64,000 nucleotides of DNA from Bdellovibrionales bacterium (lineage in GTDB: Bacteria > Bdellovibrionota > Bdellovibrionia > Bdellovibrionales > CAYMLA01), in assembly GCA_965217115.1 (NCBI GenBank), contig OZ244239.1, positions 1,472,001 through 1,536,000 of the forward strand, given 5' to 3'. The translations under genes and the position numbers were made by a program. The notes beneath the pieces were generated by a model, which worked only from the letters and a program-made list of their open reading frames with translations, ran no database searches and was not told the origin of the DNA. Positions 39,850 to 49,694 of the stretch are shown in pieces (the stretch's first letter is position 1; every line of letters begins with the position of its first letter).

Positions 39850-42312
39850 CTATACTTTGATTTTGAGGGGGTCAAGGGCATTCAGGAGAGCCTTATTTTC
39901 TTTTAAAATATTTTGAATTTCCAAGGAAAACTCCTCTGGGGAGAGGTTAAAGAATTTGGCAAGATACTGAAAGCTTTGTGATTTTGTGTTTAATAAAGAT
40001 GAAGGTTGTTGAGTGCTAAGTCGATGAAGTTGTTCCGCAGTGCGTAGAAAGTTGTAACCGTGGATGAGCCTTTTAGAGGAATTCTTCCAATCTGAGGACT
40101 CCTTACACAGGGCTTCTAACATGGAGAAAGACGAAGGGGATTTGAAAGGGAGTTGCATCTGCAAAATAGCAATTTGTATATGAAACTCACAATCAACAAT
40201 ACCGCCAGGAGACATCTTAATATCAATTTTATCAGGGCTGTTTTTCTTCAAAAGCTGATAACGAATAGATGAGAGAGCATTGAGATCATCGGGAGTGATT
40301 TTTTTTGCTAAAAGAGTTTCTTGTAAATCAAAATTGAGTTTTTCACTGAGAGATCTAGCTCTTAAGTAGGCCTGACATTGCCATGCTTCGGCAGAGTTCT
40401 CGAAGAAATCTTTTAAATGATCTTCACTGACAAGAAGAGTGTTGTTGCCTCCGTAGGGAGTGAGTCTCATATCAATATCATAAATGGTTCCTCCTCTTTG
40501 AGCGTCTGTCAGGCGTGAAACTAATCGTTTTGCGATTTTATTATCAATAGCCTGAGGTGATCCTGGAGTGACAAGAATGAAGTCAAGATCAGCTTTGAGA
40601 CCAAGTTCTTGCCCACCCCATTTTCCAAGACAAAGAACTTTGAGGTCGCTGTGACCGTACTCTTTTTTGAGAGATGCCAAAAGATGAGTTACGATATTGT
40701 CGGCACAGATGGTTAAAGAAGAGAAGAACTTATCCAGATTTTTATTGCCCAGAAAATGAAAACCTGAAACAAGCTCCGTGATAAGCTTGCGTTCAAGTAA
40801 TTCATCTAAAAGAAGGGCCATGTCATTGGAAAAATTTTTATGGGTTCTGAATAAGAAACTATCCAATAAATCAGGCCTCTGACAGATAATACGACTTAAA
40901 TAAGGGGAGAGGGAGAAGAGATAGCAGAGGTCCTTAATGAGTTGAGGGTGGTGATTAAAGAGAGAAAACAAAGATTCCTTTGCTTTCGTGGAGTCAATAA
41001 AATCAGCTAAGTTAGCTACAGCCAGATCTTTGTTTAAATCCAATTCGGCAGCATGCTCAATGAACTGTTTCAGAAAGTTATTTTGGGTTTTTGGATTTTT
41101 TCTTTTTCGTGAAGATTTTGTTTGGCTTTGTTGTAATCGTTGCCAGTGATGGTCGATCGTGTTTTTTTGAAATCCAAGCTTTTCAAGCCAGATGTTCTGT
41201 CCATCAGGAGAAGATGAGATATTTTGTTGTGGAACAGGTCCAATCACGGACTCAACTCTTTGACTGACAAGAGTCATTTTTGAAACAATATCGTCAAAAG
41301 AGACATTGAATTTCTGGCAGAAGCTCTTTGTAATGAAGTGAGTTTGTTGATCGTTCTCAATTTGAACAAGGTTTTCTAATTGTCGCAAATACCAATAGGT
41401 TTCTGATAAGAATTTTCCAAGTTCTTGTTCAATGAGCTTGTTTTCACTGAGTGCATTAAGAGCGATGGAGGTTTGTTGGTGACGAATTTGTGGTGTTTTG
41501 CCTCCGTGAATAACCAGAAGAGCGTGGGTGAAAAGCTCAATGTCTCTTATTCCTCCAGGATTTAATTTTAGGTTTATTTTTTCTGGATTATTGCTGCGAT
41601 AGTGAATGTGAATTTGTGAGCGTAAATGATGTATACTCTCTAAGAGGGAAAAATCTAGGTGTCGTCGGTAACAGAATTTTTGATTAAAACCTGCAATTTC
41701 TCTCTCTATGTTTTGGCTGCCGCAAATAAAGCGCATGCGTAGCAGAGCGAGTCTTTCCCATGTTTCGCCGTAATTACTGTAGTAATCTGTAAACTGTTGA
41801 GGGGAGGGGATTAAGGGTCCTAATCGTCCTCCTGGTCGAAGGTCAAAGTCCACTCGAAAGATAAAACCAAATTCATTAAAGTCATGGAGAAGGGCTTTGA
41901 AAGTTTTTAAAAAAGGTTCAAATAAATGTGGATCTTTGTCACAAATAAATAGAACATCAATATCAGAACTTAGGTTTAGTTCCCAAGAACCAAGTTTTCC
42001 AAAGGCAAAAAGAGCTAAAGAGTTTTCATTTTTAAAATTAAGCTGTTCACAGGTGATAGTCCAGGCTTCGGTAATAATTTTGTCAGCTTCTTGTGACCAA
42101 TAGAAACAGACCTCTTGTGCTGATGCTTTTTTAAAGAATGTGGCAAAGGCAGAGTTGAGCCAATGGCGGTGACGTTTTATAGATAGTTGATCTTTTTTAG
42201 AGGAAGTCGGTTGTTCACTAAGTCTTAGATAGCGAGCAACGGCAGGCAGCTTGTCTGCAATCAGATCAAGTTGTTCTTGCTCGTACTGTTTTATATCGAG
42301 AATACTATTCAT
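39850..42312 (-). CDS. glnE: Bifunctional glutamine-synthetase adenylyltransferase/deadenylase (compact)
   Basis: Two NT domains: GKLGSWELNLSSDID...RVDFDLRP...NLKLNPGGIRDIE and GKWGGQELGLKADLD...DIDMRL...DIKMSPGGIVD. Confidence 0.9.
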   Translation of the reverse strand: MNSILDIKQYEQEQLDLIADKLPAVARYLRLSEQPTSSKKDQLSIKRHRHWLNSAFATFFKKASAQEVCFYWSQEADKIITEAWTITCEQLNFKNENSLALFAFGKLGSWELNLSSDIDVLFICDKDPHLFEPFLKTFKALLHDFNEFGFIFRVDFDLRPGGRLGPLIPSPQQFTDYYSNYGETWERLALLRMRFICGSQNIEREIAGFNQKFCYRRHLDFSLLESIHHLRSQIHIHYRSNNPEKINLKLNPGGIRDIELFTHALLVIHGGKTPQIRHQQTSIALNALSENKLIEQELGKFLSETYWYLRQLENLVQIENDQQTHFITKSFCQKFNVSFDDIVSKMTLVSQRVESVIGPVPQQNISSSPDGQNIWLEKLGFQKNTIDHHWQRLQQSQTKSSRKRKNPKTQNNFLKQFIEHAAELDLNKDLAVANLADFIDSTKAKESLFSLFNHHPQLIKDLCYLFSLSPYLSRIICQRPDLLDSFLFRTHKNFSNDMALLLDELLERKLITELVSGFHFLGNKNLDKFFSSLTICADNIVTHLLASLKKEYGHSDLKVLCLGKWGGQELGLKADLDFILVTPGSPQAIDNKIAKRLVSRLTDAQRGGTIYDIDMRLTPYGGNNTLLVSEDHLKDFFENSAEAWQCQAYLRARSLSEKLNFDLQETLLAKKITPDDLNALSSIRYQLLKKNSPDKIDIKMSPGGIVDCEFHIQIAILQMQLPFKSPSSFSMLEALCKESSDWKNSSKRLIHGYNFLRTAEQLHRLSTQQPSSLLNTKSQSFQYLAKFFNLSPEEFSLEIQNILKENKALLNALDPLKIKV

Positions 42313-42375
42313 AGTTAAATTATTTATTGTTAAAGGGATTATTATGTTCTGTAAAGGTTTTGATGGTTGATACTG

Positions 42376-43821
42376 TTATTCAAGAACAGGAGACCATTTT
42401 GGTTTATAGTAATTGTTTTGATCAAACGTTATACGACGTTCATTCGTCCCATCGGAATTGATAACGTAGAGCTGATTCCTTCCAGAGCGATTGCTAATAA
42501 ACATGATATGGCGGCCATCGGGGGACCAGGTGGGATCTTCGTTGTTAGAGTAGACACCATTGGCCTTACGGGCTGTTGTAAGACGAATAAGGCTTGTTCC
42601 ATTAGCTTTCATGGAGAAAATATCAAAATGTCCTTTATCATAACCAGCAAAGGCAAGTTTTTTTCCATCAGGAGACCATGAAGGACTGGCGTTGTAGCGC
42701 CCAGCGATGGTGACGCGTTTAGGTTTCTTTGTTCGAGTGTCCATAACGTAGATCATAGGCTTCCCAGTGCGATCGGACGAAAAAGCTATATGAGTGCCAC
42801 TCTTTGCAATAGCAGGTTCTACATTCATGGCTCGTCCAGGTCCATAGGTCATACGATCAAGGATTTTTCCAGATTTATTAATGCGAAAAATATCTGGTTT
42901 TCCTTTTTGCGAAATCGTGAGGAAGAGATCGCGGCCATTGGGGTGCCAAGTGGAGCCTGAGTTAACTCCAGGACGACTAGAGACGAGCCAACGTTTGTCT
43001 TTGTTGAGTTGATAGATAAATAAATCCCAATTTCGTTTTTGTGATCGTCTGTGTTTAACCAGCGCAGAATAAGCAATGGCTTTTCCATCGGGTGACCAAC
43101 TAGGTGAGAGAGTAATAGAACGATGTCGAGTGAGAGGCTTTGCATTAAAGCCATCCCAGTCCATAAGAAAAATTTCTCGCCAGCCTTTGTTTTTTGCGTA
43201 TTTATTAGCAGGACGAGTGGATGAAACGATGATTTTAGATTTGAACATGCCTTCTTTACCAGTGAGTTTTTTTATAAGATCTGTGGTAAAGCTATGAGCG
43301 ATGAGGCGAACTTTGTCCACAGACCCAGTGTAGCGTCTACCGAGAATGAGACTTGCCTGTTTAATAGAGTAGGAGTAGGTTTCTAAAGTGATTTTTCTTC
43401 CGTTGACGTTAAAACCAGCCATGATTAAAAAATCGCTACCAATCACGCGCCAGTTTTTGAAAAGAAAACCATTGGGATTTCCAGGGGCAGGCTTCATGCT
43501 TTTTTGCGCGGGGTTTTCAATATAAGCTTCGGGTTCGATGAATTGGAAAAAAGAAGCTACGGCAAGGTCATTGTAGATAGTTTTATAAAGTTCTACACCG
43601 ATAGAGTTATACTTACGAGCAGAGGAAGGGGTGCCAAGAAATCGAAATGGTGGCAAGGCAAGAAGACTTTTTTTTATCTTGGCTTCTCCGACTTTGATAT
43701 AAATACGATTTTGTGTAGAGCTCCATGCTCTTTCTATAGGTGCAAGAAGAAGAAAAAAGGAGAAAAATAAAAAAATAAATTGTTGTGAAACATTCTTATT
43801 AAGATGAAAATTTTTTTTCAT
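42376..43821 (-). CDS. tolB: Tol-Pal beta-propeller protein TolB
   Basis: TolB N-domain plus repeated PSWSPDG (PD40) blades. Confidence 0.9.
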   Translation of the reverse strand: MKKNFHLNKNVSQQFIFLFFSFFLLLAPIERAWSSTQNRIYIKVGEAKIKKSLLALPPFRFLGTPSSARKYNSIGVELYKTIYNDLAVASFFQFIEPEAYIENPAQKSMKPAPGNPNGFLFKNWRVIGSDFLIMAGFNVNGRKITLETYSYSIKQASLILGRRYTGSVDKVRLIAHSFTTDLIKKLTGKEGMFKSKIIVSSTRPANKYAKNKGWREIFLMDWDGFNAKPLTRHRSITLSPSWSPDGKAIAYSALVKHRRSQKRNWDLFIYQLNKDKRWLVSSRPGVNSGSTWHPNGRDLFLTISQKGKPDIFRINKSGKILDRMTYGPGRAMNVEPAIAKSGTHIAFSSDRTGKPMIYVMDTRTKKPKRVTIAGRYNASPSWSPDGKKLAFAGYDKGHFDIFSMKANGTSLIRLTTARKANGVYSNNEDPTWSPDGRHIMFISNRSGRNQLYVINSDGTNERRITFDQNNYYKPKWSPVLE

Positions 43822-43825
43822 TAGG

Positions 43826-44524
43826 TCACTCCGGAAAGCCTAAGGTTATACCTTTTATCTTAACTATATCAATAAATTTCTTGCTAGGTGGAGGAAAAGG
43901 AGATGCACGCTGGATTGTGTTAAGAATAATTTCGTCATATTCAGGATTGTCAGAAGAGCGAAGAATTTTTTTTTCAATCACGAAACCTTGTGAGTTTAAT
44001 CTGACCAATGCGAGGGTTTTAAGATCAGATTGAGCTAACCACTCTGGTAACTCCCAGAATTGCTTGACGTGAATATCAATTTGAGTTTGGTAATCATCGT
44101 GTTCAAGCTTGTTAAGCCCTGTTAATTGGGTTCCTGCGGCAAGGGTATTGCCTTTGAACTTTTGTTTTGGAGTTTTACTCAGAAGTTCTCTCTTAAGAGC
44201 CTCGATAGCTCTCTGGGCCTTAATTTTATCAATGGCTTGTTGTTGTCGGTTTTTTTGTTTAAGATTTACTTTTGGAGATTGTTTTTTCTTATTAATCTTA
44301 GGTCTCTCAATAGAGACAGTTTTTTTGTGAGTGTTTTTTATTTTGTTAAGCTGTTTGTCAGGCAAAGCAATAATATCAACTTTGATTGCAGGGATATATT
44401 GATCTATAGAAGAGGGGAAATAAATATTTTTAACAGAGAAAGATAAAAACAAAAATACATGGGCGGCAACGGACCATAAAAGAGAGGATGTAAAAGAGTT
44501 TTTTTTTCTAATGTATTCTGTCAT
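43826..44524 (-). CDS. tolA: TolA/TonB C-terminal-domain protein
   Basis: TM with SVAAH, Lys-rich linker, and C-terminal SSDNPEYD...RASPFPPP. Confidence 0.8.
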   Translation of the reverse strand: MTEYIRKKNSFTSSLLWSVAAHVFLFLSFSVKNIYFPSSIDQYIPAIKVDIIALPDKQLNKIKNTHKKTVSIERPKINKKKQSPKVNLKQKNRQQQAIDKIKAQRAIEALKRELLSKTPKQKFKGNTLAAGTQLTGLNKLEHDDYQTQIDIHVKQFWELPEWLAQSDLKTLALVRLNSQGFVIEKKILRSSDNPEYDEIILNTIQRASPFPPPSKKFIDIVKIKGITLGFPE

Positions 44525-44548
44525 TTAAAAAAACATCCTAATTGGTTT

Positions 44549-44962
44549 TTATTTTTTTGGTAGAGTAAGAAGACCCACGCTATAGACTCCTGCCGCTCTT
44601 ATTTCGCTAATAGTTTCGGCGACAAATCCGTAGTCAACTTTTTTGTCTGCTTGAAGATAGACTTGCTTTGTTTTTCTTTTTGAAAAAATGGATTTTAATT
44701 TTGCTCTGAGGTTTTTTGTTGGGATTTTCACATCCCCAATAAGAACTTGTCTTTTCGCATTAATAGTAAGAACAAAAGGGTCTCCTTTGGGGTTAACCCC
44801 TGAATTTGTTGTTTCAGGAAGATTAACTTCAATACCTTGTTGCATAAGGGGGGCCGTAACCATAAAGATAATAAGTAAGACGAGCATCACGTCGACGAGG
44901 GGAGTGATGTTAATCTCGCTTAAGGTGCTACGTTTGTTTGACGGCCCTTCATTCATGCCCAT
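44549..44962 (-). CDS. tolR: TolR/ExbD
   Basis: EINITPLVDVMLVLLIIFMVTAP and ADKKVDYG motifs. Confidence 0.93.
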   Translation of the reverse strand: MGMNEGPSNKRSTLSEINITPLVDVMLVLLIIFMVTAPLMQQGIEVNLPETTNSGVNPKGDPFVLTINAKRQVLIGDVKIPTKNLRAKLKSIFSKRKTKQVYLQADKKVDYGFVAETISEIRAAGVYSVGLLTLPKK

Positions 44963-44967
44963 TTGTA

Positions 44968-45732
44968 TTACTCTCCTTTAGAGAAGCTATGTTTAAGAAT
45001 ATTGAGAAAATCAGATGAAAAACTATTTAAGCTAAGTTCTTCTTTTTTTAATTTTGAAATGAAATGGTTGTAGGCAATAACAGCGGGAATAGCAGCGGCG
45101 AGACCAATGGCAGTGGCAACAAGGGCTTCGGCAATTCCAGGAGCAACGACGGCTAGACTTGCGCTGCCCGTTGCTCCAATGTTTTGAAAGGATGTCATAA
45201 TACCCCACACGGTTCCAAAGAGACCGATAAAAGGGCCAGTGCTTCCTGTTGTAGCAAGAATGGAAAGCTTTGACTCTAGCTCAGTGATTTCGTTGTCCAT
45301 CGTTTTGCGTAGAACTCGTTCGATGCTGTCGAGTTCAAGAAGACGAGGGGTTTCTCCATGAGCACTATTTTCAGCAGCGTTTCTAAAATGGGGAGAAGCG
45401 ATGATTTTTTGTCGCTCTAAGTAGGCAGCCTTAAAAAGTCGAGCTACGCTGCTTTTATAATAGAGATGAAGATCATCGTAAATCGCTTCAAGGGAGTTCG
45501 TCTTCCAAAAGAAATCGGAGAAAGAGGCGTTAATGATAAGAAGATTTTGAAATTGCTTACGTTTGGAAAAAATCACACTCCAACAAAGAATCGATAATCC
45601 AATGAGAATTAAAAGAGTGAACTGCACAACAGGGCTGCCGTTTATAACAGCGTCCCAGATATTTGTATTGACGGTGGTTGGAGGTAGAGGAGTTGCTGCA
45701 TGGGCGACAGTCAGGAAAAAATTTTGAAACAT
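44968..45732 (-). CDS. tolQ: TolQ/ExbB
   Basis: LATTGSTGPFIGLFGTVWGIM and VAPGIAEALVATAIGL motifs. Confidence 0.94.
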   Translation of the reverse strand: MFQNFFLTVAHAATPLPPTTVNTNIWDAVINGSPVVQFTLLILIGLSILCWSVIFSKRKQFQNLLIINASFSDFFWKTNSLEAIYDDLHLYYKSSVARLFKAAYLERQKIIASPHFRNAAENSAHGETPRLLELDSIERVLRKTMDNEITELESKLSILATTGSTGPFIGLFGTVWGIMTSFQNIGATGSASLAVVAPGIAEALVATAIGLAAAIPAVIAYNHFISKLKKEELSLNSFSSDFLNILKHSFSKGE

Positions 45733-45850
45733 AGAAGTTGCCTTTAAATTAGGAAGTTAATGATGTTTTTTTGATTTTATAGCTCGCGGGGCCTTTTGGC
45801 AAAGGGAGGCTCTTTGAGAAGAAGAGACAGGTCTTTTGTATTAAAGGCGT

Positions 45851-45890
45851 TAGTCTAGGTAATAGCCTAGGAAATAGTCTAGGCTATTTA
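45851..45890. promoter_or_regulatory. Triple 12-bp repeat and hairpin between the GDPD-like gene and tolQ
   Basis: tagtctaggtaa/tagcctaggaaa/tagtctaggcta; also an aatagcctag...ctaggctatt inverted repeat. Confidence 0.35.
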
Positions 45891-45926
45891 TCAGAATTTC
45901 TTTTGTAACTCCCTAGAGGGTCATTT

Positions 45927-46772
45927 CTATAGAAAAGGTGTGAGAATTCCATCCACACCTTCTCTGGTGAGTTTTTCAAGGTCTTCTCTTGAATGAATAG
46001 GGCCGAGAATCACCTTCATTTGTCGGCGGTGAATTTCTTTAATAAGTTTTTGGCTGAAGCTGCGTTGACCATGTTTTTTCTGATATAAGGAGGCGACGAT
46101 AATATCTCCTCTTATCGGAGAAATAGTCTCGATAAAAAGCCCTTCGAGAATTTTTAATTTTGTGAGTTCAGTTTGCCCTGAGCCAAAAAGCCAAAGGGGC
46201 TGCAATTTTTTTATCGTTTTTATAATAATATCGTAATCACTTTGAATCAGAACTCTCTTGTCTGCTTGGTGTTTTGTGACAATGGTAACAATTTTTTTGT
46301 GAATGCCTTTTTCATTAGCTTGAATATTAAGAATAAAGCGTGATGTGGGGAATGAAGCCAGAGCCTCTTCTAACGTGGGAACCTTCATTGAAGTTTTCTG
46401 TTCGTTCCATGGAATTGTCAAATTTTGGATTTCTTTAAGGGTGTGATCCTTGACTTTACCTAGCCCATTGGTTGTGCGGTCAAGGGTGTTGTCAGCCATA
46501 AGAAAAAGGTAACCATCTTTACTTTGCTGAATATCAACAAAGAAAACAACCAAAGGGTTGATTCGTCGCGCGGCCTCAAGAGCCTCCAAAGTATTTTCTG
46601 GATATTCGGAGCTAAGTCCTCGATAGGAAATAAGCTGAGGCCCTCCATTGAAGTCTCTTAGGAATTCGTGGGAAACATGGTAATTTGCTCTGGAGAGGCC
46701 ATATAAACGCAACCCGAATAAAGTTAGAAAGAGAGCCATCGTAGAAAAAACACAAATAACAATCAGTCGCAT
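45927..46772 (-). CDS. GDPD-fold protein with degenerate active site
   Basis: N-terminal TM, RG...PENT, DNTLDRTT, VPTLEEAL and GVDGILT; catalytic His and Glu residues are substituted. Confidence 0.85.
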   Translation of the reverse strand: MRLIVICVFSTMALFLTLFGLRLYGLSRANYHVSHEFLRDFNGGPQLISYRGLSSEYPENTLEALEAARRINPLVVFFVDIQQSKDGYLFLMADNTLDRTTNGLGKVKDHTLKEIQNLTIPWNEQKTSMKVPTLEEALASFPTSRFILNIQANEKGIHKKIVTIVTKHQADKRVLIQSDYDIIIKTIKKLQPLWLFGSGQTELTKLKILEGLFIETISPIRGDIIVASLYQKKHGQRSFSQKLIKEIHRRQMKVILGPIHSREDLEKLTREGVDGILTPFL

Positions 46773-46869
46773 GGGTTTTAAGCTCCTTTTGTATTCGATT
46801 TGATTGAATTTATATCTAAATTTGACGATTTGGCAATAGTTCCATGGGGAGGATTTTAGGTTTCCAGAG

Positions 46870-46894
46870 AAATAAGTACAAAAAAAGCTTATTT
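46870..46894. promoter_or_regulatory. Candidate Rrf2 operator (25-bp palindrome)
   Basis: AAATAAG-N11-CTTATTT abutting a TTGAAA-16-TAGTTT promoter-like pair upstream of rrf2-suf. Confidence 0.35.
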
Positions 46895-46970
46895 ATGTTG
46901 AAAGCTGCTTAAAAAATGGTAGTTTTCCTCTGGATTTGCCAGAGTGCTTGTGAAGTCGTTTGAGGGAGAA

Positions 46971-47477
46971 ATGGTAAAAATAAATCGTAAATTGGAATAT
47001 GCAATTATGGCGTTGAAAGTTCTGAACGACAGGGCTGCCATGCAAGGGCAGGATGGGGGACTGACAACAGTTAAGGAGGTTTGTGATCTTCTTTTGTGCT
47101 CCTACGACGGCATGGCAAGAGTGATGCAAAAAATGGCACATGGGCAGCAGATAAAAGGACAGGAATTGTTGGTCTCTGAGCAGGGTATTGGGGGTGGTTA
47201 TCGTTTGAATCGAAACCTTGATCAAGTATCGATGTATTCTTTAATGGAAGTGGTTTTAGGTCCTATCGAAATTGCAAGGTGTCTTCAACAGAACAAGTCA
47301 TGTCAGATGATGAAGACCTGTAATATAGTGTCCCCAATAAATGCCTTAAATTTAAAGATTACGGAGTTTTATAAAACACTCAGTATGGCTGAAATTTTTT
47401 CGGTTTCAGAAAACGTAACATCTTTGATGGGACAGGCCCAGCAGCAGAAAAATGAAATACGAGGTATTGCTAAATGA
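46971..47477 (+). CDS. Rrf2-family (IscR/SufR-like) Fe-S regulator
   Basis: [17 protein letters not shown] and three Cys ([15 protein letters not shown]); ATG 46971 with GAGGGAG SD. Confidence 0.9.
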   Translation: MVKINRKLEYAIMALKVLNDRAAMQGQDGGLTTVKEVCDLLLCSYDGMARVMQKMAHGQQIKGQELLVSEQGIGGGYRLNRNLDQVSMYSLMEVVLGPIEIARCLQQNKSCQMMKTCNIVSPINALNLKITEFYKTLSMAEIFSVSENVTSLMGQAQQQKNEIRGIAK

Positions 47478-48913
47478 GTGCTGAAAAGAATCAAATCGCT
47501 TCGAATCGGGATTATAAATATGGTTTCTATACTGATATTGAAACGGATCAAATTTCAAAGGGACTTAGCGAAGATATTATTCATTTAATTTCAGAAAAGA
47601 AGAAAGAACCAAAGTTTATGCTTGAGTTTCGCCTGCGGGCTTTTCATTATTGGCAGACTTTGCAAGAGCCACAGTGGACTGATCTGAGTTATCCAAAAAT
47701 TAATTTTCAGGATATTTGTTATTATTCCTCTCCCAAAAAGCAACAAGAAATAAAAAGCCTAGATGAAGTTGACCCTGAACTTTTAAAAACCTTCGAAAAA
47801 CTGGGAATTTCTTTAAATGAACAAAAAAGACTTTCTGGAGTTGCCGTGGATGTGGTCTTTGATAGTGTGAGTTTAGGGACGACTCATCAAGAGGAACTGG
47901 AAAAAGAAGGGGTCATTTTTTGTTCAATTTCAGAGGCATTACAAAAATATCCTGAGTTGGTAAAAAAATATTTAGGAACAGTTGTTCCTTATAAGGATAA
48001 CTTTTATGCGGCTCTGAATGCAGCAGTTTTTACTGATGGATCGTTTGCCTATATTCCCAAGGGAGTGACTTGTCCTCTAGACCTGTCGACTTATTTTCGT
48101 ATTAATGCTCAAGAGACGGGACAGTTTGAGAGAACTCTTGTTGTGGCCGAAGAGGGAAGTTTTGTTAATTATCTAGAAGGCTGCACGGCTCCACAGAGAG
48201 ATGAAAATCAACTTCATGCAGCGGTGGTTGAACTGGTCGCCTTGGACGATGCAGAAATTCGTTATTCTACTGTGCAAAATTGGTATGCGGGTAATAGAGA
48301 AGGCCAGGGTGGAATTTATAATTTTGTAACTAAACGTGGAAGATGTGCAGGAAAGAATTCTAAAATTTCTTGGACTCAGGTGGAAGCAGGTTCTGCTATC
48401 ACGTGGAAGTATCCAAGCTGTATTCTTGAAGGAGAAAATTCGGAGGGATATTTTTACTCTGTGGCTTTAACTCATGATAAAATGCAGGCTGACACTGGAA
48501 CAAAAATGATTCATGTGGGAAAAAATACGAAAAGCACAATTATCTCTAAGGGAATTTCAACAGATCAGTCGCAGAATGTTTATCGTGGATTGGTGAAAAT
48601 CATGCCCAGTGCCGAGGGAGCAAGAAATTTTTCTCAATGTGATTCAATGCTTGTTGGAGATCAGTGTGGTGCAAAAACTTATCCCTATATAGAGGTGAAG
48701 AACAATACTGCCACCTTAGAGCATGAGGCTTCGACGTCGAGAATGAGTGAAGAGCAGCTGTTTTATTTGCAATCCCGTGGCTTGGATATGGAAAAAGCCA
48801 TATCCACAGTGGTTAATGGCTTTTGCAAAGAAGTTTTTAAAACCTTGCCCTTAGAGTTTTCGGTGGAAGCAGTGAAATTAATTGAAATGAAGTTAGAAAA
48901 TAGTGTTGGTTAG
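47474..48913 (+). CDS. sufB: Fe-S cluster assembly scaffold SufB
   Basis: [27 protein letters not shown] and EHEASTS motifs. Confidence 0.97.
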   Translation: MSAEKNQIASNRDYKYGFYTDIETDQISKGLSEDIIHLISEKKKEPKFMLEFRLRAFHYWQTLQEPQWTDLSYPKINFQDICYYSSPKKQQEIKSLDEVDPELLKTFEKLGISLNEQKRLSGVAVDVVFDSVSLGTTHQEELEKEGVIFCSISEALQKYPELVKKYLGTVVPYKDNFYAALNAAVFTDGSFAYIPKGVTCPLDLSTYFRINAQETGQFERTLVVAEEGSFVNYLEGCTAPQRDENQLHAAVVELVALDDAEIRYSTVQNWYAGNREGQGGIYNFVTKRGRCAGKNSKISWTQVEAGSAITWKYPSCILEGENSEGYFYSVALTHDKMQADTGTKMIHVGKNTKSTIISKGISTDQSQNVYRGLVKIMPSAEGARNFSQCDSMLVGDQCGAKTYPYIEVKNNTATLEHEASTSRMSEEQLFYLQSRGLDMEKAISTVVNGFCKEVFKTLPLEFSVEAVKLIEMKLENSVG

Positions 48914-48923
48914 GAGAGTTTAA

Positions 48924-49694
48924 ATGTTATCTATTAAAAACCTACATGTGAGTGTAGAAGAAAAAGAAATATTAAAAGGATTGAGCTTAAATGTAAAAGC
49001 TGGAGAAGTGCATGCCATCATGGGGCCAAATGGTTCGGGTAAGAGCACGTTGTCTAAAGTTATCGTAGGCGACTCATCTTATCAAGTTACAAAAGGTGAA
49101 GTTTTATACGATGTTAACTTTGAAATGAAAAATATCTTTGATCTTAGCGTAGATGAAAGAGCTAAAGAGGGTGTCTTTTTGGCATTTCAATATCCAGTGG
49201 AAGTGCCAGGAGTGTCAAACTTGACCTTTTTACACACGGCTTTTAATTCTATTTGTGAGCATCAAGGGTCAGAGACAATGTCCGAGGAAGAGTTTTATGA
49301 TTTCGTGCGTGAAAAGATGAAAACTGTCGATATAAATCCTCGTTTTTTGGATCGCCCAGTGAATGTGGGGTTTTCTGGAGGAGAAAAGAAGCGCAATGAG
49401 ATTTTACAAATGGCTGTTTTAGCACCAAAATTGGCTTTTTTGGATGAAACTGATTCAGGATTAGACATTGATGCCTTAAGGATTGTTGCCGGTGGAATCA
49501 ATAAATTAAAATCTTCTGAAAATGCCATTGTCTTAATAACTCATTATCAAAGACTACTTAACTATATTGAACCTGATTTTGTACATGTTTTGAGTGACGG
49601 TCAAATTATTGAAACAGGCGATAAAAATCTGGCTCTAAAATTAGAAGACAAGGGTTATGACTGGATGATAACGTCGGAGAAAATAAATAAATGA
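48924..49694 (+). CDS. sufC: Fe-S assembly ATPase SufC
   Basis: GPNGSGKST, FSGGEKKRNE and DETDSGLDIDA motifs. Confidence 0.97.
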   Translation: MLSIKNLHVSVEEKEILKGLSLNVKAGEVHAIMGPNGSGKSTLSKVIVGDSSYQVTKGEVLYDVNFEMKNIFDLSVDERAKEGVFLAFQYPVEVPGVSNLTFLHTAFNSICEHQGSETMSEEEFYDFVREKMKTVDINPRFLDRPVNVGFSGGEKKRNEILQMAVLAPKLAFLDETDSGLDIDALRIVAGGINKLKSSENAIVLITHYQRLLNYIEPDFVHVLSDGQIIETGDKNLALKLEDKGYDWMITSEKINK

